From an uncultured delta proteobacterium (GTDB lineage: Bacteria > Desulfobacterota > Desulfobacteria > Desulfobacterales > QNYZ01), in the NCBI GenBank assembly GCA_963845145.1, contig CAWJQU010000013.1, forward strand, positions 1 to 64,000: DNA of 64,000 bases, written 5' to 3'. The position numbers and the translations under genes were made by a program. The notes beneath the pieces were generated by a model that saw nothing but the letters and a program-made list of their open reading frames with translations, was not told where the DNA came from and did not search any database. Shown in pieces: positions 32,733 to 42,946 of this stretch (its first letter is position 1; each line of letters opens with the position of its first letter).

Positions 32733-35210
32733 TTACCCGTTGTGCATACCGTTGTCAATAGTATTTTTTCTTCTATTTACATCACCCTTTGTCACCAGAA
32801 CCATCAGGGCCGGATTAACGATAAAATCTGCTAACAGGGCAAATATAATCGTTATTCCTGTTAGAAACCCAAATACAACCAAAAGGGATAAAGAGGCGGT
32901 CATAAGGATAAAAAACCCGGAGCAGAGTATCATAGAGGTCAACAATATCGCCCGGCCCGTACCGAGCAGGGTTTTTTGTATGGCCTTGGCAGCATCTCCG
33001 GTATCCTCGTAATACTTTCTGAAGTTGTACATAAAGTGGAGGGTATCGTCCACCACGATGCCGATGGCAATCGAACCGATCATAATGGTACTCATATCAA
33101 TTTTTATCCGCATGGCCCCCATGAGCCCCATGGTCATAAAAATCGGCAACAGATTTGATATCATGCTTAGCAGCCCGATCTTGATACTTCCCACATGAAA
33201 AATCATCAAGAGGGCAATCACACAAAAAGCGATCACATAACTCTTGGCCATACTATGCAGTGATGCCGGAATGGATTTTGCCAAAAGCGTGGGGATACCG
33301 GTGATGGTGATGCTTGCAAGATCCGGAAACCTAGCCTGGAAACAGTCCTGTACGTAACTGATAAATTTTACCAGGTGCACCGCATCGGTCGACGGTATTT
33401 TAATGCTTACCCGCGCTTTTCTGAAATTACCGTCCGCCACGCGGGTCAAGTCATCGGAACCACTGTTTTCAAACAACAAAAGTTCCTGTGAAATGGTGCG
33501 TTTATCATCGGGGAGTTTATAATATCGAGCGTCATTGTTGTGTAAAGACCTGTGGATTTCTTTGATAACGTCATTGACGGAAAACACCTTCCCCACGAAC
33601 AAGTGATCGTTTGAGTACGCCATGAGATCCCGAGTTATTGTCTCGATCCCCTTGAGCAGAGCCGGTTCTTTGACGCCATCATCAATATTTGTATCCAGAA
33701 TTACCTCAAGCATGATTGATCCTTGAAGGTGCTTGTCAATATATGGCACATCCCCCTTTATTTTCTCTTCTTTTGATATCCAGTTGAGGACATTGTGCGA
33801 ATAGGAAACCTGGCTTGTATAAAAAACAGAGACGGCGAATAGGGCCAGGGATGCGGCGACAACCTTACGGGGATGCTTGTCCGATAAGGCGGCAAATGAC
33901 AAAAGGATGCGATCCATCACCACCGATTGGCTTTCCTTACTATCAATTGTTTTTCTTTTGAAAGGAATTAAGGCAATACAAGGTGGGAGCATTAGAAATG
34001 TATAGATCATTGCCAATATAACGCCGGCGGCGCCAAAAAGCCCCAGATCGGCAATGGCGGTAAGCTCGGCAAACGCAAACGACAACAGGCTGGCCGCCGT
34101 GGTTAAGGCGGTAAGTACTATGGCAAGACCTGAATGCCCCACGGCATAAGCGATGGCATCTTCCTTACTCTTTCCACCATGATATTGCACAAAAAAAATG
34201 GCTAAAATGTGGACGGCATAGCCGACACTTACGGCAAGTAAGAAACCAGGGAGTACAACGGTCGTTAATTTAATGGAAATATTAAATATAGAAATCAACC
34301 CTGCTGTTGATAGAAGCGCAGCAATGATGATCATTTCCGGGATCAACACGCCGGGTATATTTCGAAAAAGAAGGGATAGTAAAAGCGCAATGACCAACAA
34401 CGAAAGAATGATCACCACCACAATATCCTTTTCCATGGCACGGTTGTATACGTTCAGGACCACAGGGCCACCGGCGATCGACAGGGAAAAATCGGGACGA
34501 TGGTATGTTTTTGACACGCGGTTGATGGCTTCTACCACCTGCCGGTTTTCCTTTTCGCTGAAGTAATGCGGCTGGGAACCTTTCCCATTCCCCAGATTAG
34601 ATTCATCGGCGGATTCATCATTTTCACTGAATCCTTCAAAAAGAACCTCATCACCTTTCAATGCCTGGCTTATTATCGCTTCCGTTTCTATGATGAGCGT
34701 TGTTACCGTGCCATCGCTTGAGATAAGAAAATCTTTATAGAGCTGGTTATCAAATATCCTTTCTCGTAACGATTCAAGGTCAGCGCTGCTTTTTGGCCAT
34801 GCTTCGATAAGTTCCCCGACAATGAGTTGATCGCCGTCGCCATAAGTGTCTCTGGCATTGATAAGGCTGGTTATTTGTTTAATATAGGGAACTTGGCTTT
34901 CCAATTCTTCGTGAAACGCTTTTAACTTTTCAAGAAACTGAGTATCAAAGATATCCGGCGGGGTGACAGCGATGATAATGATGTCATTTACGTCAAACTG
35001 ATTTCGGAAATCGTCATAACGAATACGAATGGCGTCGGTTTTTCTCAGCAAAGCCACAGCGGATGTGTCGATGACGATTTTCGGAATAAACGAGGTAAGG
35101 ACCAAAATGAAAGAAAGGGTGGCTAACAAACATTTGATACGATGGCGGAAGAGCATTCCGGCAAGATTTGAAAAAATAAGCTCAATTTTATCCCGGTTGT
35201 TTCGATTCAT
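32733..35210 (-). CDS. MMPL/RND-family lipid transporter 2
   Basis: Paralogue of 29544-32009 (shared SLINAR.T.G.GD.LIV, QELLLFENSGSDDL and G..VDDT.HF). Confidence 0.93.
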   Translation of the reverse strand: MNRNNRDKIELIFSNLAGMLFRHRIKCLLATLSFILVLTSFIPKIVIDTSAVALLRKTDAIRIRYDDFRNQFDVNDIIIIAVTPPDIFDTQFLEKLKAFHEELESQVPYIKQITSLINARDTYGDGDQLIVGELIEAWPKSSADLESLRERIFDNQLYKDFLISSDGTVTTLIIETEAIISQALKGDEVLFEGFSENDESADESNLGNGKGSQPHYFSEKENRQVVEAINRVSKTYHRPDFSLSIAGGPVVLNVYNRAMEKDIVVVIILSLLVIALLLSLLFRNIPGVLIPEMIIIAALLSTAGLISIFNISIKLTTVVLPGFLLAVSVGYAVHILAIFFVQYHGGKSKEDAIAYAVGHSGLAIVLTALTTAASLLSFAFAELTAIADLGLFGAAGVILAMIYTFLMLPPCIALIPFKRKTIDSKESQSVVMDRILLSFAALSDKHPRKVVAASLALFAVSVFYTSQVSYSHNVLNWISKEEKIKGDVPYIDKHLQGSIMLEVILDTNIDDGVKEPALLKGIETITRDLMAYSNDHLFVGKVFSVNDVIKEIHRSLHNNDARYYKLPDDKRTISQELLLFENSGSDDLTRVADGNFRKARVSIKIPSTDAVHLVKFISYVQDCFQARFPDLASITITGIPTLLAKSIPASLHSMAKSYVIAFCVIALLMIFHVGSIKIGLLSMISNLLPIFMTMGLMGAMRIKIDMSTIMIGSIAIGIVVDDTLHFMYNFRKYYEDTGDAAKAIQKTLLGTGRAILLTSMILCSGFFILMTASLSLLVVFGFLTGITIIFALLADFIVNPALMVLVTKGDVNRRKNTIDNGMHNG

Positions 35211-35222
35211 TCCGGACCCTTA

Positions 35223-35865
35223 TTATGCTTTATCCCTATTCTGCTTTAACCCAGCGACCAGAATATCAATGCTTCTACCAACTAGAATATTAAGTGGTGC
35301 CGGCATGAACTTTCGGTGATCCTTGCCCTCATATAGCATGATGATACCGGTCAGCGATCCCCAGAGTACAATCGCAATCTCCATGGGGTCCTGCTTTTGA
35401 ATGTCTCCGGTTTGCATCCCCTCCTCAATACATTGGGCGATCAGGGTCAAGCATTTGAACCCTTCTTTGAAGCATTGATCATACAGCGCGTCGGAAATAT
35501 TTGTGGTTATCTCACCATGCTGGAACAAAAAGTTGATATGAAAATAGTGTTGGTGCTCAGTAGCGTAGCGATAATACGCCCACCCCAATGCTTTTACCTT
35601 TTTTTCCCACCCACTTTGGCCTTTCACGGATTTTGTAAAAGCGGCATTAAGGATGGCCATCCCTTCAACCAATAATGAGACGTACAGCTCCTCCTTATTT
35701 TTGAAATAAAGATACAGCGTACCCTTGCTTAGCTCGGCTTTTCGAGCAATTTGATCCATCGAAGTTGCGGCGAATCCGCGTTTAAAAAAAAGTGCTCTTG
35801 GCCGCTTTTAGAATCATTTTTCCGCGAATTTTTTTTTCTTTGTTTCGTCTCTCTTTGGTTCCCAT
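35223..35865 (-). pseudogene. TetR-family regulator, frameshifted as assembled (probably intact)
   Basis: RBS and ATG 35865 give MGTKERRNKEKKIRGKMILKAAKSTFF, then TAA. Removing one base from the A8 run at 35784-35791 gives ...FFKRGFAATSMDQIARKAELSKGTLYLYF, a complete TetR HTH. Confidence 0.88.
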
Positions 35866-35899
35866 CTTTACTCCAGATGCATGACCATTGGATATATTT

Positions 35900-35912
35900 T
35901 GACCAATAGTCA
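35900..35912. promoter_or_regulatory. Candidate TetR operator TGAC-N5-GTCA
   Basis: TGACCAATAGTCA between a minus-strand TTGACA (35935-35940) and the TetR start. Confidence 0.4.
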
Positions 35913-36055
35913 TTAAATAACCAAAAGTTCTCTCTGTCAAGTAAATTTTTCAAAATGGTTGTCAGATCAGGATAACCTTATTGATGAAATGAATCATTCA
36001 CGATATGATTAATCATCCCTATAGAAAAAATAAATATCATCCCAAGGAACCCGTC

Positions 36056-36274
36056 ATGCTCAATTGGCTAGACAAGATACCCTACATACTTCTCATCATA
36101 GCCGCCGTCTTTATGCTTTTGGCCCCCTTTATGCCCATGCCGCATATTATCGAAAAATTGATCATGTTAAAGAACGGGACGTTAACCAAACCCCTCGATA
36201 TTTTTGATTTGTTTTATCATCTGATCCCGAGCATTATCCTCGTTCTTAAAATCGTACGTGATACCAAAAGCTAA
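36056..36274 (+). CDS. Small 2-TM membrane protein
   Basis: LAPF.P.PH..EKL.ML..G.L.KP.DIFDL..H conserved-looking pattern; AAGGA RBS before ATG 36056. Confidence 0.75.
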   Translation: MLNWLDKIPYILLIIAAVFMLLAPFMPMPHIIEKLIMLKNGTLTKPLDIFDLFYHLIPSIILVLKIVRDTKS

Positions 36275-36305
36275 TACTGATTATTCGAAAGGCATGGGTG
36301 GAAAT

Positions 36306-36923
36306 ATGGGCGTTATGGTCGAAGAACCGAACAGATATTTTGGCCAATTTGTTCCCGAGCGTTCGGAGCTGCTGATGGCCCTGGAAGCGGAAGCCGAGCA
36401 GCAGGATATCCCCATTGTGGGGCCCGTGGTTGGAAATCTGCTTTATCTGCTGGCAAAGATTAAGGGCGCCAGCCATATTGTCGAAATGGGAACCGCCACG
36501 GGATATTCCGCTATATTTTTGGGAGCTGCCTGCCAGTCAAACCCCGGCCGGCTCACCACGTTTGAAGCCGATCCGGAAATGGCTGCGCGAGCGGCCGGAA
36601 ACATTGAAAAGGCAGGCCTGGCTCAATGGGTGAATGTTCGTTGCGAGGACGCCCTGGAAGGTTTGCGGAACGTTGAGCCGTCCCTGGATATGATCTTTAT
36701 GGATATTGAAAAGCTCGATTATTCCCGCGCCTTGGCGTTGTGCAAAGATAAACTCGTCAAAAACGGCCTGCTCTTGGCAGACAACACCGGATTTCAGGAT
36801 GCCGACGCTTTTAACCAGGCCATTTTTAAAGATGCCGATTGGGAATCGGTGAACCTTTGGACCTTTCTACCCGGCCACTCCCCTGAAAATGATGGCCTTT
36901 GTATCGCGTTGAAACGAATATAG
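36306..36923 (+). CDS. Class I SAM-dependent O-methyltransferase (CCoAOMT/TrmR-like)
   Basis: IPIVGP..G, EMGTATGYS, DMIFMD.EK..Y and ADN motifs; start uncertain. Confidence 0.9.
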   Translation: MGVMVEEPNRYFGQFVPERSELLMALEAEAEQQDIPIVGPVVGNLLYLLAKIKGASHIVEMGTATGYSAIFLGAACQSNPGRLTTFEADPEMAARAAGNIEKAGLAQWVNVRCEDALEGLRNVEPSLDMIFMDIEKLDYSRALALCKDKLVKNGLLLADNTGFQDADAFNQAIFKDADWESVNLWTFLPGHSPENDGLCIALKRI

Positions 36924-36986
36924 AGGAAAAGAATGAACCCGCCAGCCCGGCAGCACTGTTGCTGCGGGAATCCTCAGTTCAGGACC

Positions 36987-37532
36987 TTACACCTCGCAAG
37001 CCTTAAGAACATCTTTTATCGACGGATGATCTCCGGCTTTCTGACTGCGATATAGATAGTGTGCATTTTGGCCGGGACCGACAACCAGCACCCCGCCCTG
37101 CTGCAAAGGCGGGCCTTGAATCCCTTTTTGTAAATAACCGGCGCCGAGGGCACGGAGCCCCGCTTTCAGCGGGCTAAACCCCATCACAGAGGTCAAGCCT
37201 TTTTTAAAACCGAGAATGTTATACGTTTCCAGGGATGGATCGGTGAAGAAGGGGCCTTTGTAGCGGGTAACTTCTCTGAAAGGCACAATAAATTTCTCCG
37301 GCCCGTTGCCGATCACCACCAATTGGACGTTTTTACGCTCAAAAGCCTTCCTGTTTTTATTTAGATCGGCAACCTGCCGACGGCTGATCATTCAACCAAA
37401 ATGTCGGATAAATACCAGGACCACTCTTTTAGCTTTCCACAAGGTAGATAGTACTGTCAAATTTCCAGTTTCATCCGAAACTTTTTGGCGACCTAATTTT
37501 TTAAGTGTTTGAGTGTCTAAAATCACCTTCAT
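36987..37532 (-). CDS. Selenocysteine-containing peroxiredoxin-like protein (AhpC/TSA-2, PRXL2/SelU-like)
   Basis: The frame continues upstream through an in-frame TGA (37392-37394): ...VVLVFIRHFG-U-MISRRQV...DPSLETY..LG...QQGGVLVV...GDHP; SECIS hairpin follows. Start is ATG 37532 or GTG 37526. Confidence 0.9.
37363..37391 (-). promoter_or_regulatory. Bacterial SECIS element
   Basis: UCGGCA-GGU-UGCCGA stem-loop starting 11 nt after the UGA, with a G/U apical loop like the E. coli fdhF SECIS. Confidence 0.82.
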
Positions 37533-37593
37533 TCCTTTAAGTTCAGGCGGTAATCGTGCTCGTAGAGGATGAGAAGCGCCGGACTTTTTTCCA

Positions 37594-39490
37594 TTACGGA
37601 GCCGGTCTCTCTGTTTGGGTTAAAAGAAGATCTGCCAAGGTCTCCAATCCCAATTCTCTTAGAACGGCTTCTTGGGGAAGGCCTTCTTCATCGAGACCCC
37701 GCAGTTTATAAAACTCTTTTAACATCAGCGTCATGTCGGGGACACTGCCTTCGGTGGGGCCTTCCGTCATAGGCGTCATTAACCTTGGGGGCAGCCGGTC
37801 GTCTTTGGCCCGGGCACCGAAAAGATTGGTCAGGCCTCGTTTCAGATACCATACCCGACGACCGATCTTCATCACCTCTTCCAAGGTATAATCGAATCCG
37901 GTCACATGGTTTAGCATTGCCACAGCCTGGGTTGCATTGAGGGGGGTTGCGCCCAGATTACAAAAAATGGCACAATGGGAAAAAAACATGCCGTAGTCCT
38001 GGCAGACCACATTCAAATCAGCACGGTTTTTCGCTGCCCTCGGGAAGCTCATCGGCCAACTCGGGTAGTTCCGGAACATACATGGCACCCCCTTCGACCT
38101 CGAAGACCAGGCTTGCTTCATGGCAGGCGCCCCGGGGGGAAACCCCATAGGCCAGCCCGAAACCATGGGCGTTTCTGGGGTCATGCATGGGGGCTTCAAG
38201 ACCTTTTACCGTAGTCAGATATTGGGAAGCGTTTTTGCCGATACGTTCCGCGGCTTTGGCGCTCCCCTCGGCAAGCAGCGCGCCGAAGCCCTCATTTTTG
38301 CCGATCATTTCGGTCAAGGCAACGATGGCGGCCGCGTTTCCCCAGCGTAGTTCCAGCCCATCGGTCTCTTGGGTGGTAAGCAAACCGTTTTCAAAGCAAT
38401 CGATGGCAAACGCAATGGTTGCCCCACAGGAGATGGTATCCATGCCGTAGCGGTTGCAGATTTCATTGGCCTTGGCCACGGATTCGATATCGGCGTTCAA
38501 GCACATGGTACCAAAAGCAGCCACCGTTTCATATTCCGGGCCGGGTCCCTTTTTGGTTTTAAAAGGTCCCGCTTTTACCTCAGCGTTTTTTTTGCACGCC
38601 ACCGTGCAGGCATAGCAGGTCCGATCGCCGGCATGGATTTTCGCCTCGATGGATGCCGGCCCCAGCTCATCAATATCCTCCCAATCGCTCATCTGCCAGT
38701 TTTTGATGGGGATATCGCCGGCGATAATACCGACATCGAGGTGGGCGGGGGTTCCGGCCGATTGGATGGAGCTGATATAGATGCTCTCGGCGTAAATCTC
38801 CTTTAATTCCGCCCGCAGCGCTTTGAGCTTTTCGGGGTGGGCAATATCCAGTTTGCCGGTGCCGGTGGCATAGATAGCCTTTAATTTTTTTGAACCCCAT
38901 ACGGCCCCCAGACCGGTACGGCCGGCAGCATGTCCTTTTTTGTTAATCAGGTTGGCAAACCGAATCCGATTCTCACCCGCCGGCCCGATGGTGAGTACCT
39001 GTCCTGGTTTGGATGATTGAGCCCGTAGGTCTTTCGTCAACGCATCCGTAACACAATAAACATCCTTGCCCCAATATGCGGATGCGTCGCGCAATTCAAC
39101 CTGTTGATCGTTGATAAAAAGATACACAGGAGTCTGGGCGGCACCGGTGATGACAATGCCGTCGTAACCGGCCAGCTTAAGTCGGGCCCCAAAATGCCCC
39201 CCCACATTGGCATCCCCCCAATAGCCGGTTAGGGGAGATTTGGAACAGACCGACCACCGTGCCGTGGCATCCATACCGCAACCGGTCAGGGGACCTGTCA
39301 TCAGGACAAAAGGATTGTCGGCCGACAGAGCATCAAATTGGGGTTTTTCCTTTATCAAATCCAGGAAGATACGGGTGCCAAATCCAAGGCCACCGATATT
39401 CTCCCGGGCAAATGTCATATCCAGGGGTTTGACTTGGATCCGACCGCTGGTCAGATCGACATAAAGAAGATTGCCGGCATAACCACTCAT
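37594..39490 (-). pseudogene. aor: Aldehyde:ferredoxin oxidoreductase (W-AOR family), frameshifted as assembled (probably intact)
   Basis: KSPLTG, GPAGEN, AGRTG.GAVWGSK.LKA, CYACTVAC, PEYET, N.YG.DTIS and HDPR motifs; removing one base from T5 at 38027-38031 joins the C-terminal ORF (DDRLPPR, Y..RGLD..G.P). Confidence 0.92.
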
Positions 39491-39536
39491 TTTGTATTAT
39501 CCTTTACCCCAAAAAATCACCTTACAGGCACGGGGC

Positions 39537-39950
39537 CTAATGAATATTGTACTTGGCATAACCGTTTTCATCCAAGTACTTTGGGTACATGGCATAGCTT
39601 GGCTTGATCGCCGGTAAAAGCTTTAAAATCTTGGGAACCGGGCCTTTGGCAACCATCTGCCTGCGGGTCAAGGCCATGGTTAGATTGACTTTCCCGAACC
39701 AGAATTTATGGGCAATGTCGGCTTTCATGCTCATTTCAACAACGGCCTTGGTTTCCGTGTCATCCGGGCGTACATCAACGGCATCGCCGGCGCAATCCAC
39801 AACCACCACCAGATCCGGGTCCGAATAGATAAAACGGATGACCATTTTTGATGCCATCAATTTATCCGCAACCTGGGGTGTATCGCCAAGGAGTTTAAAA
39901 AAACCGACGATGACTTCCTTAAAATTCTCATGATTTTCGAAAACAGCCAT
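39537..39950 (-). CDS. Stand-alone SCP2 (sterol/lipid carrier) domain protein
   Basis: M.AD.AH.FW.GK.NL..AL...Q..AKG.V.K..KLLP; matches the C-terminal domain of 49541-51382. Confidence 0.85.
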   Translation of the reverse strand: MAVFENHENFKEVIVGFFKLLGDTPQVADKLMASKMVIRFIYSDPDLVVVVDCAGDAVDVRPDDTETKAVVEMSMKADIAHKFWFGKVNLTMALTRRQMVAKGPVPKILKLLPAIKPSYAMYPKYLDENGYAKYNIH

Positions 39951-39971
39951 TCTGGATTCCTTTCTTTCAGC

Positions 39972-41147
39972 TTAATATGCGTTTTTTAAATGAATCAAAA
40001 TTTCCTCAGCCTCAACTTCCCTGGGATTGTAAATAACCGTCCCATCCTCAATGGCGGCTTCCGCAATCATCGACAAACTCTCTTCGGGAACGCCGGCATC
40101 CCTTAGCCGCACTGGTAAGGCATCCAAGGCATTTAATTGCCGGCCAAGGTCTCTCACCGCCTCTATGGCCCCAAGGGCTGCCTCGTCAATCGATAATCCG
40201 GACACATCCACCCCCATAACGGGTGCCAACACCGCAAATTTTTCTTTACTTACCTCAAAATTGTACGCCATGCCGTGAGGAAGCAGAATAGCATTGGCCA
40301 CTCCGTGGGGTACCCGGGTTAAGCCGCCCACGGCATGGGCCATGGAGTGCACACACCCCACCATGGAATGCGAAAAAGAGCTTCCGGCCATATTGGCGGC
40401 AATGAGCATGCCCCCCCGGGCCTCTATGTCATCTCCTTTTTGTGTGGCCCGCACGAGATATTTGAAAATAAGTTTGATAGCTTCAACCGCCAGAGCTTCG
40501 GAGTGGGGCGAGGTGTCGACCCCCACATAAGATTCCACGGCATGGGTGAGGGCGTCCATACCGGTGGAAGCCGTTAAACCGGGAGGTAGGGATTGAGTCA
40601 TCAGCGGGTCCAGCACGGCTAAATCAGGTAGCAGGAACTTATCTGAAAAGGCAAGTTTGGTTTTGTTGGCCACATCATAAATCACCGCCACCAGTGTATT
40701 TTCACTCCCTGTTCCGGCGGTGGTTGGAATCACAATAAACGGCTTGAGAGGCTTTGTGAGGGTGGCCGCCCCGGAGTAGTCCGCGATCAAGTCGCCGCCT
40801 TCCGAGAAAACAAAGTTGGCTGCCTTGGTGGCATCGATGACGCTGCCGCCGCCAACGGCGATCAATCCTTCGGCCCCGCTATCTTTTGCGTGACGGCTGA
40901 TATTTTCTACTGCTTCCACGGAAGCGTCCTGGGGAACATCATAAAATTCCCCGGTAATGGTAAAACCGGCTTCTTCCAACCCGTTCTTGATCGGTTGAAT
41001 GACTCCCAGATTGTGGAGCACTTGATCGGATACAATGAAATAGTTTTTAACACCCAGCTCTTCCACTTCATGGGAAAAATCGGTTACCAAACCTTCTCCA
41101 TATATTACCTTAGTGGGATGGTGAAATTGATAAAATTCAGGTAACAT
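39972..41147 (-). CDS. Iron-containing alcohol dehydrogenase
   Basis: GGGSVID, PTTAGTGSE, DALTHA.E, HSMAH and PHG.AN motifs. Confidence 0.94.
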   Translation of the reverse strand: MLPEFYQFHHPTKVIYGEGLVTDFSHEVEELGVKNYFIVSDQVLHNLGVIQPIKNGLEEAGFTITGEFYDVPQDASVEAVENISRHAKDSGAEGLIAVGGGSVIDATKAANFVFSEGGDLIADYSGAATLTKPLKPFIVIPTTAGTGSENTLVAVIYDVANKTKLAFSDKFLLPDLAVLDPLMTQSLPPGLTASTGMDALTHAVESYVGVDTSPHSEALAVEAIKLIFKYLVRATQKGDDIEARGGMLIAANMAGSSFSHSMVGCVHSMAHAVGGLTRVPHGVANAILLPHGMAYNFEVSKEKFAVLAPVMGVDVSGLSIDEAALGAIEAVRDLGRQLNALDALPVRLRDAGVPEESLSMIAEAAIEDGTVIYNPREVEAEEILIHLKNAY

Positions 41148-41242
41148 TCGTTCCTCCTTATTCGAACCTATCCAGTTTGAATATGTGCGCGATACTTATC
41201 TACTACCGTCAAATTTAATCCACCTTCCTAATCCCATCTCTC

Positions 41243-42946
41243 TCAGGAAGGGTTATATGACCAGTCACCCCAGACATTTTCAATGATTTGCATGATGAGG
41301 GGCGTTACAATTTCATCGGCCACTTTTCCGTATAACAGATCCAGATGATTCGCCCCCTCTATGACAAAATCGATCAGCTGACTGGGCTCTGCGGTTATGT
41401 TTATTTTGCGTAAATCGCCAGGCGACTTGAGGTGGTAGGTTTTTTTAATCTTGTGGGGATAGTGTTTGCTATAACGCATATTTTTCAGAGGCACCAGGCT
41501 ATCCCGGGTGCCCCAAAAATGAAATATCGGTATATTATCCGGAAACCAGGCCAGGCATTCGGAATAGTTCAACCCACTGCCGTCCATCCGTTTGAAGCCT
41601 TGGCCGTTATAGATTGCTTTTAAACATTGAAACCCTATCCCCAACGGGATCGATTCCGTGGCCACTTTGAAATAGCGCTCAATAAAATGTTTGTCCTCTT
41701 TATGATTTTCCGGTGAGACAAGGAAATTTAAGTCCCCGACATTATGCTGCCAGACAAAGCGGGTAATCTGTTTTAAAACCGGAAATTCGGTCAATATTTT
41801 GGAAACCTCCTTTACCGGGACCTGTCTGAAACGAAATATCCTGGAAAGATGATTGAGCCACAAGGAGGCCGGAAGGAAGATATGGGAATTTTTGTTGAAA
41901 AATTTAGGGGCCGCCAGTGAGATGATGCCCCGCACCGTTTTAAGGTAATTTTCAGCGGCATCCGGTGTCGGCAGCGCTTGCGATAGTACATCTTTTTGGT
42001 CCTGTTTGAGGATATCGATATCATCCAGCCGGCGCGCCAGGGACCAGTTGATAACCATGCTTTCAGCCACAAGTCCGCCCATGCTATGGCCCACAAGGAT
42101 TGACGGTTTACCGGAACTGCGTTTAGAAATAAAGCGCGTCAGGGCGGCCAAATCATAGTCGATGACGGTGTCAACGGTGTACAACGGATCAAAACGACCG
42201 GCATTAACACCCACCCCACGCGGATCAAAAAGGTAAACCCAGACATTCTTGTCGGCGATGTCCTTGGCCAGAGAATATCGGTTGTTGATGTTAAAACAAT
42301 TGCTGTTGTTAGCAAAACCCGGGACCAAGACCACGGCGGGCCGGTCATCGCCAGCAGTGACACCTTCCATACTAACCATTCGACGAAAGCCGATTTCGTT
42401 ACCCTCATCGGTAAATTTTCGATAGTGAACGGTTTCGTAATCACCCCGTCCGTTTTGATCTTTTTCTTCGATCTCACTATCAAAATAGATGGGCACCGGA
42501 TCAACCCGTAGTGCCTCTCTAATGATTCGGCGTCGCCGAGCTATTTCTAAAATGCCAGCCAGGTTTTTCTTGGGAACTTTAAATCGTTTTAAAGAAAGGT
42601 AAGTCAACTCATCTTCGGTGAGCAAGATGACATTTTCGGTCAACCGCAGACGTTTTTTCTTGAGCTCGTCGTGGATGACCGCTTTGATGTCGTCCCTGGT
42701 AATCTGCAAACGGGTTGCATTGAGAAACATATGATAAAGCACCAAGGCCAGTTTTTGCACGGCTTGTGTCTTGATTTCCTTTCGGCTGACGATCAGCTCT
42801 TTAGACACCGGGAGGCCCAAGCTGAGCTGCCCGCGATATAGCATGCTGTAAGCGTTATAGCTTCCGCTAATTAACCGGCCGGGTCCATCATTAACCAGAT
42901 AACGCGTCATCTTGCTGCTAAAAGTCTGCAAGTTTCTTATGAACAT
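41243..42946 (-). CDS. Alpha/beta hydrolase (Ser lipase/esterase) with an unknown N-terminal domain
   Basis: LVPGF oxyanion region, GHSMGG nucleophile, G.RD.LV Asp and GANHLDL His; overlaps the upstream stop. Confidence 0.85.
   Translation of the reverse strand: MFIRNLQTFSSKMTRYLVNDGPGRLISGSYNAYSMLYRGQLSLGLPVSKELIVSRKEIKTQAVQKLALVLYHMFLNATRLQITRDDIKAVIHDELKKKRLRLTENVILLTEDELTYLSLKRFKVPKKNLAGILEIARRRRIIREALRVDPVPIYFDSEIEEKDQNGRGDYETVHYRKFTDEGNEIGFRRMVSMEGVTAGDDRPAVVLVPGFANNSNCFNINNRYSLAKDIADKNVWVYLFDPRGVGVNAGRFDPLYTVDTVIDYDLAALTRFISKRSSGKPSILVGHSMGGLVAESMVINWSLARRLDDIDILKQDQKDVLSQALPTPDAAENYLKTVRGIISLAAPKFFNKNSHIFLPASLWLNHLSRIFRFRQVPVKEVSKILTEFPVLKQITRFVWQHNVGDLNFLVSPENHKEDKHFIERYFKVATESIPLGIGFQCLKAIYNGQGFKRMDGSGLNYSECLAWFPDNIPIFHFWGTRDSLVPLKNMRYSKHYPHKIKKTYHLKSPGDLRKINITAEPSQLIDFVIEGANHLDLLYGKVADEIVTPLIMQIIENVWGDWSYNPS

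Noticed and set aside
35784..35791. Phase variation or programmed frameshifting at the A8 tract of tetR
   Set aside because: It cannot be separated from the seven other single-base indels nearby, several of which are not in long homopolymers.
41243..42946. PHA synthase (PhaC), suggested by the nearby PhaR and phasin genes
   Set aside because: The nucleophile elbow is GHSMGG (Ser), not the PhaC GxCxGG; it is better read as a lipase/esterase.
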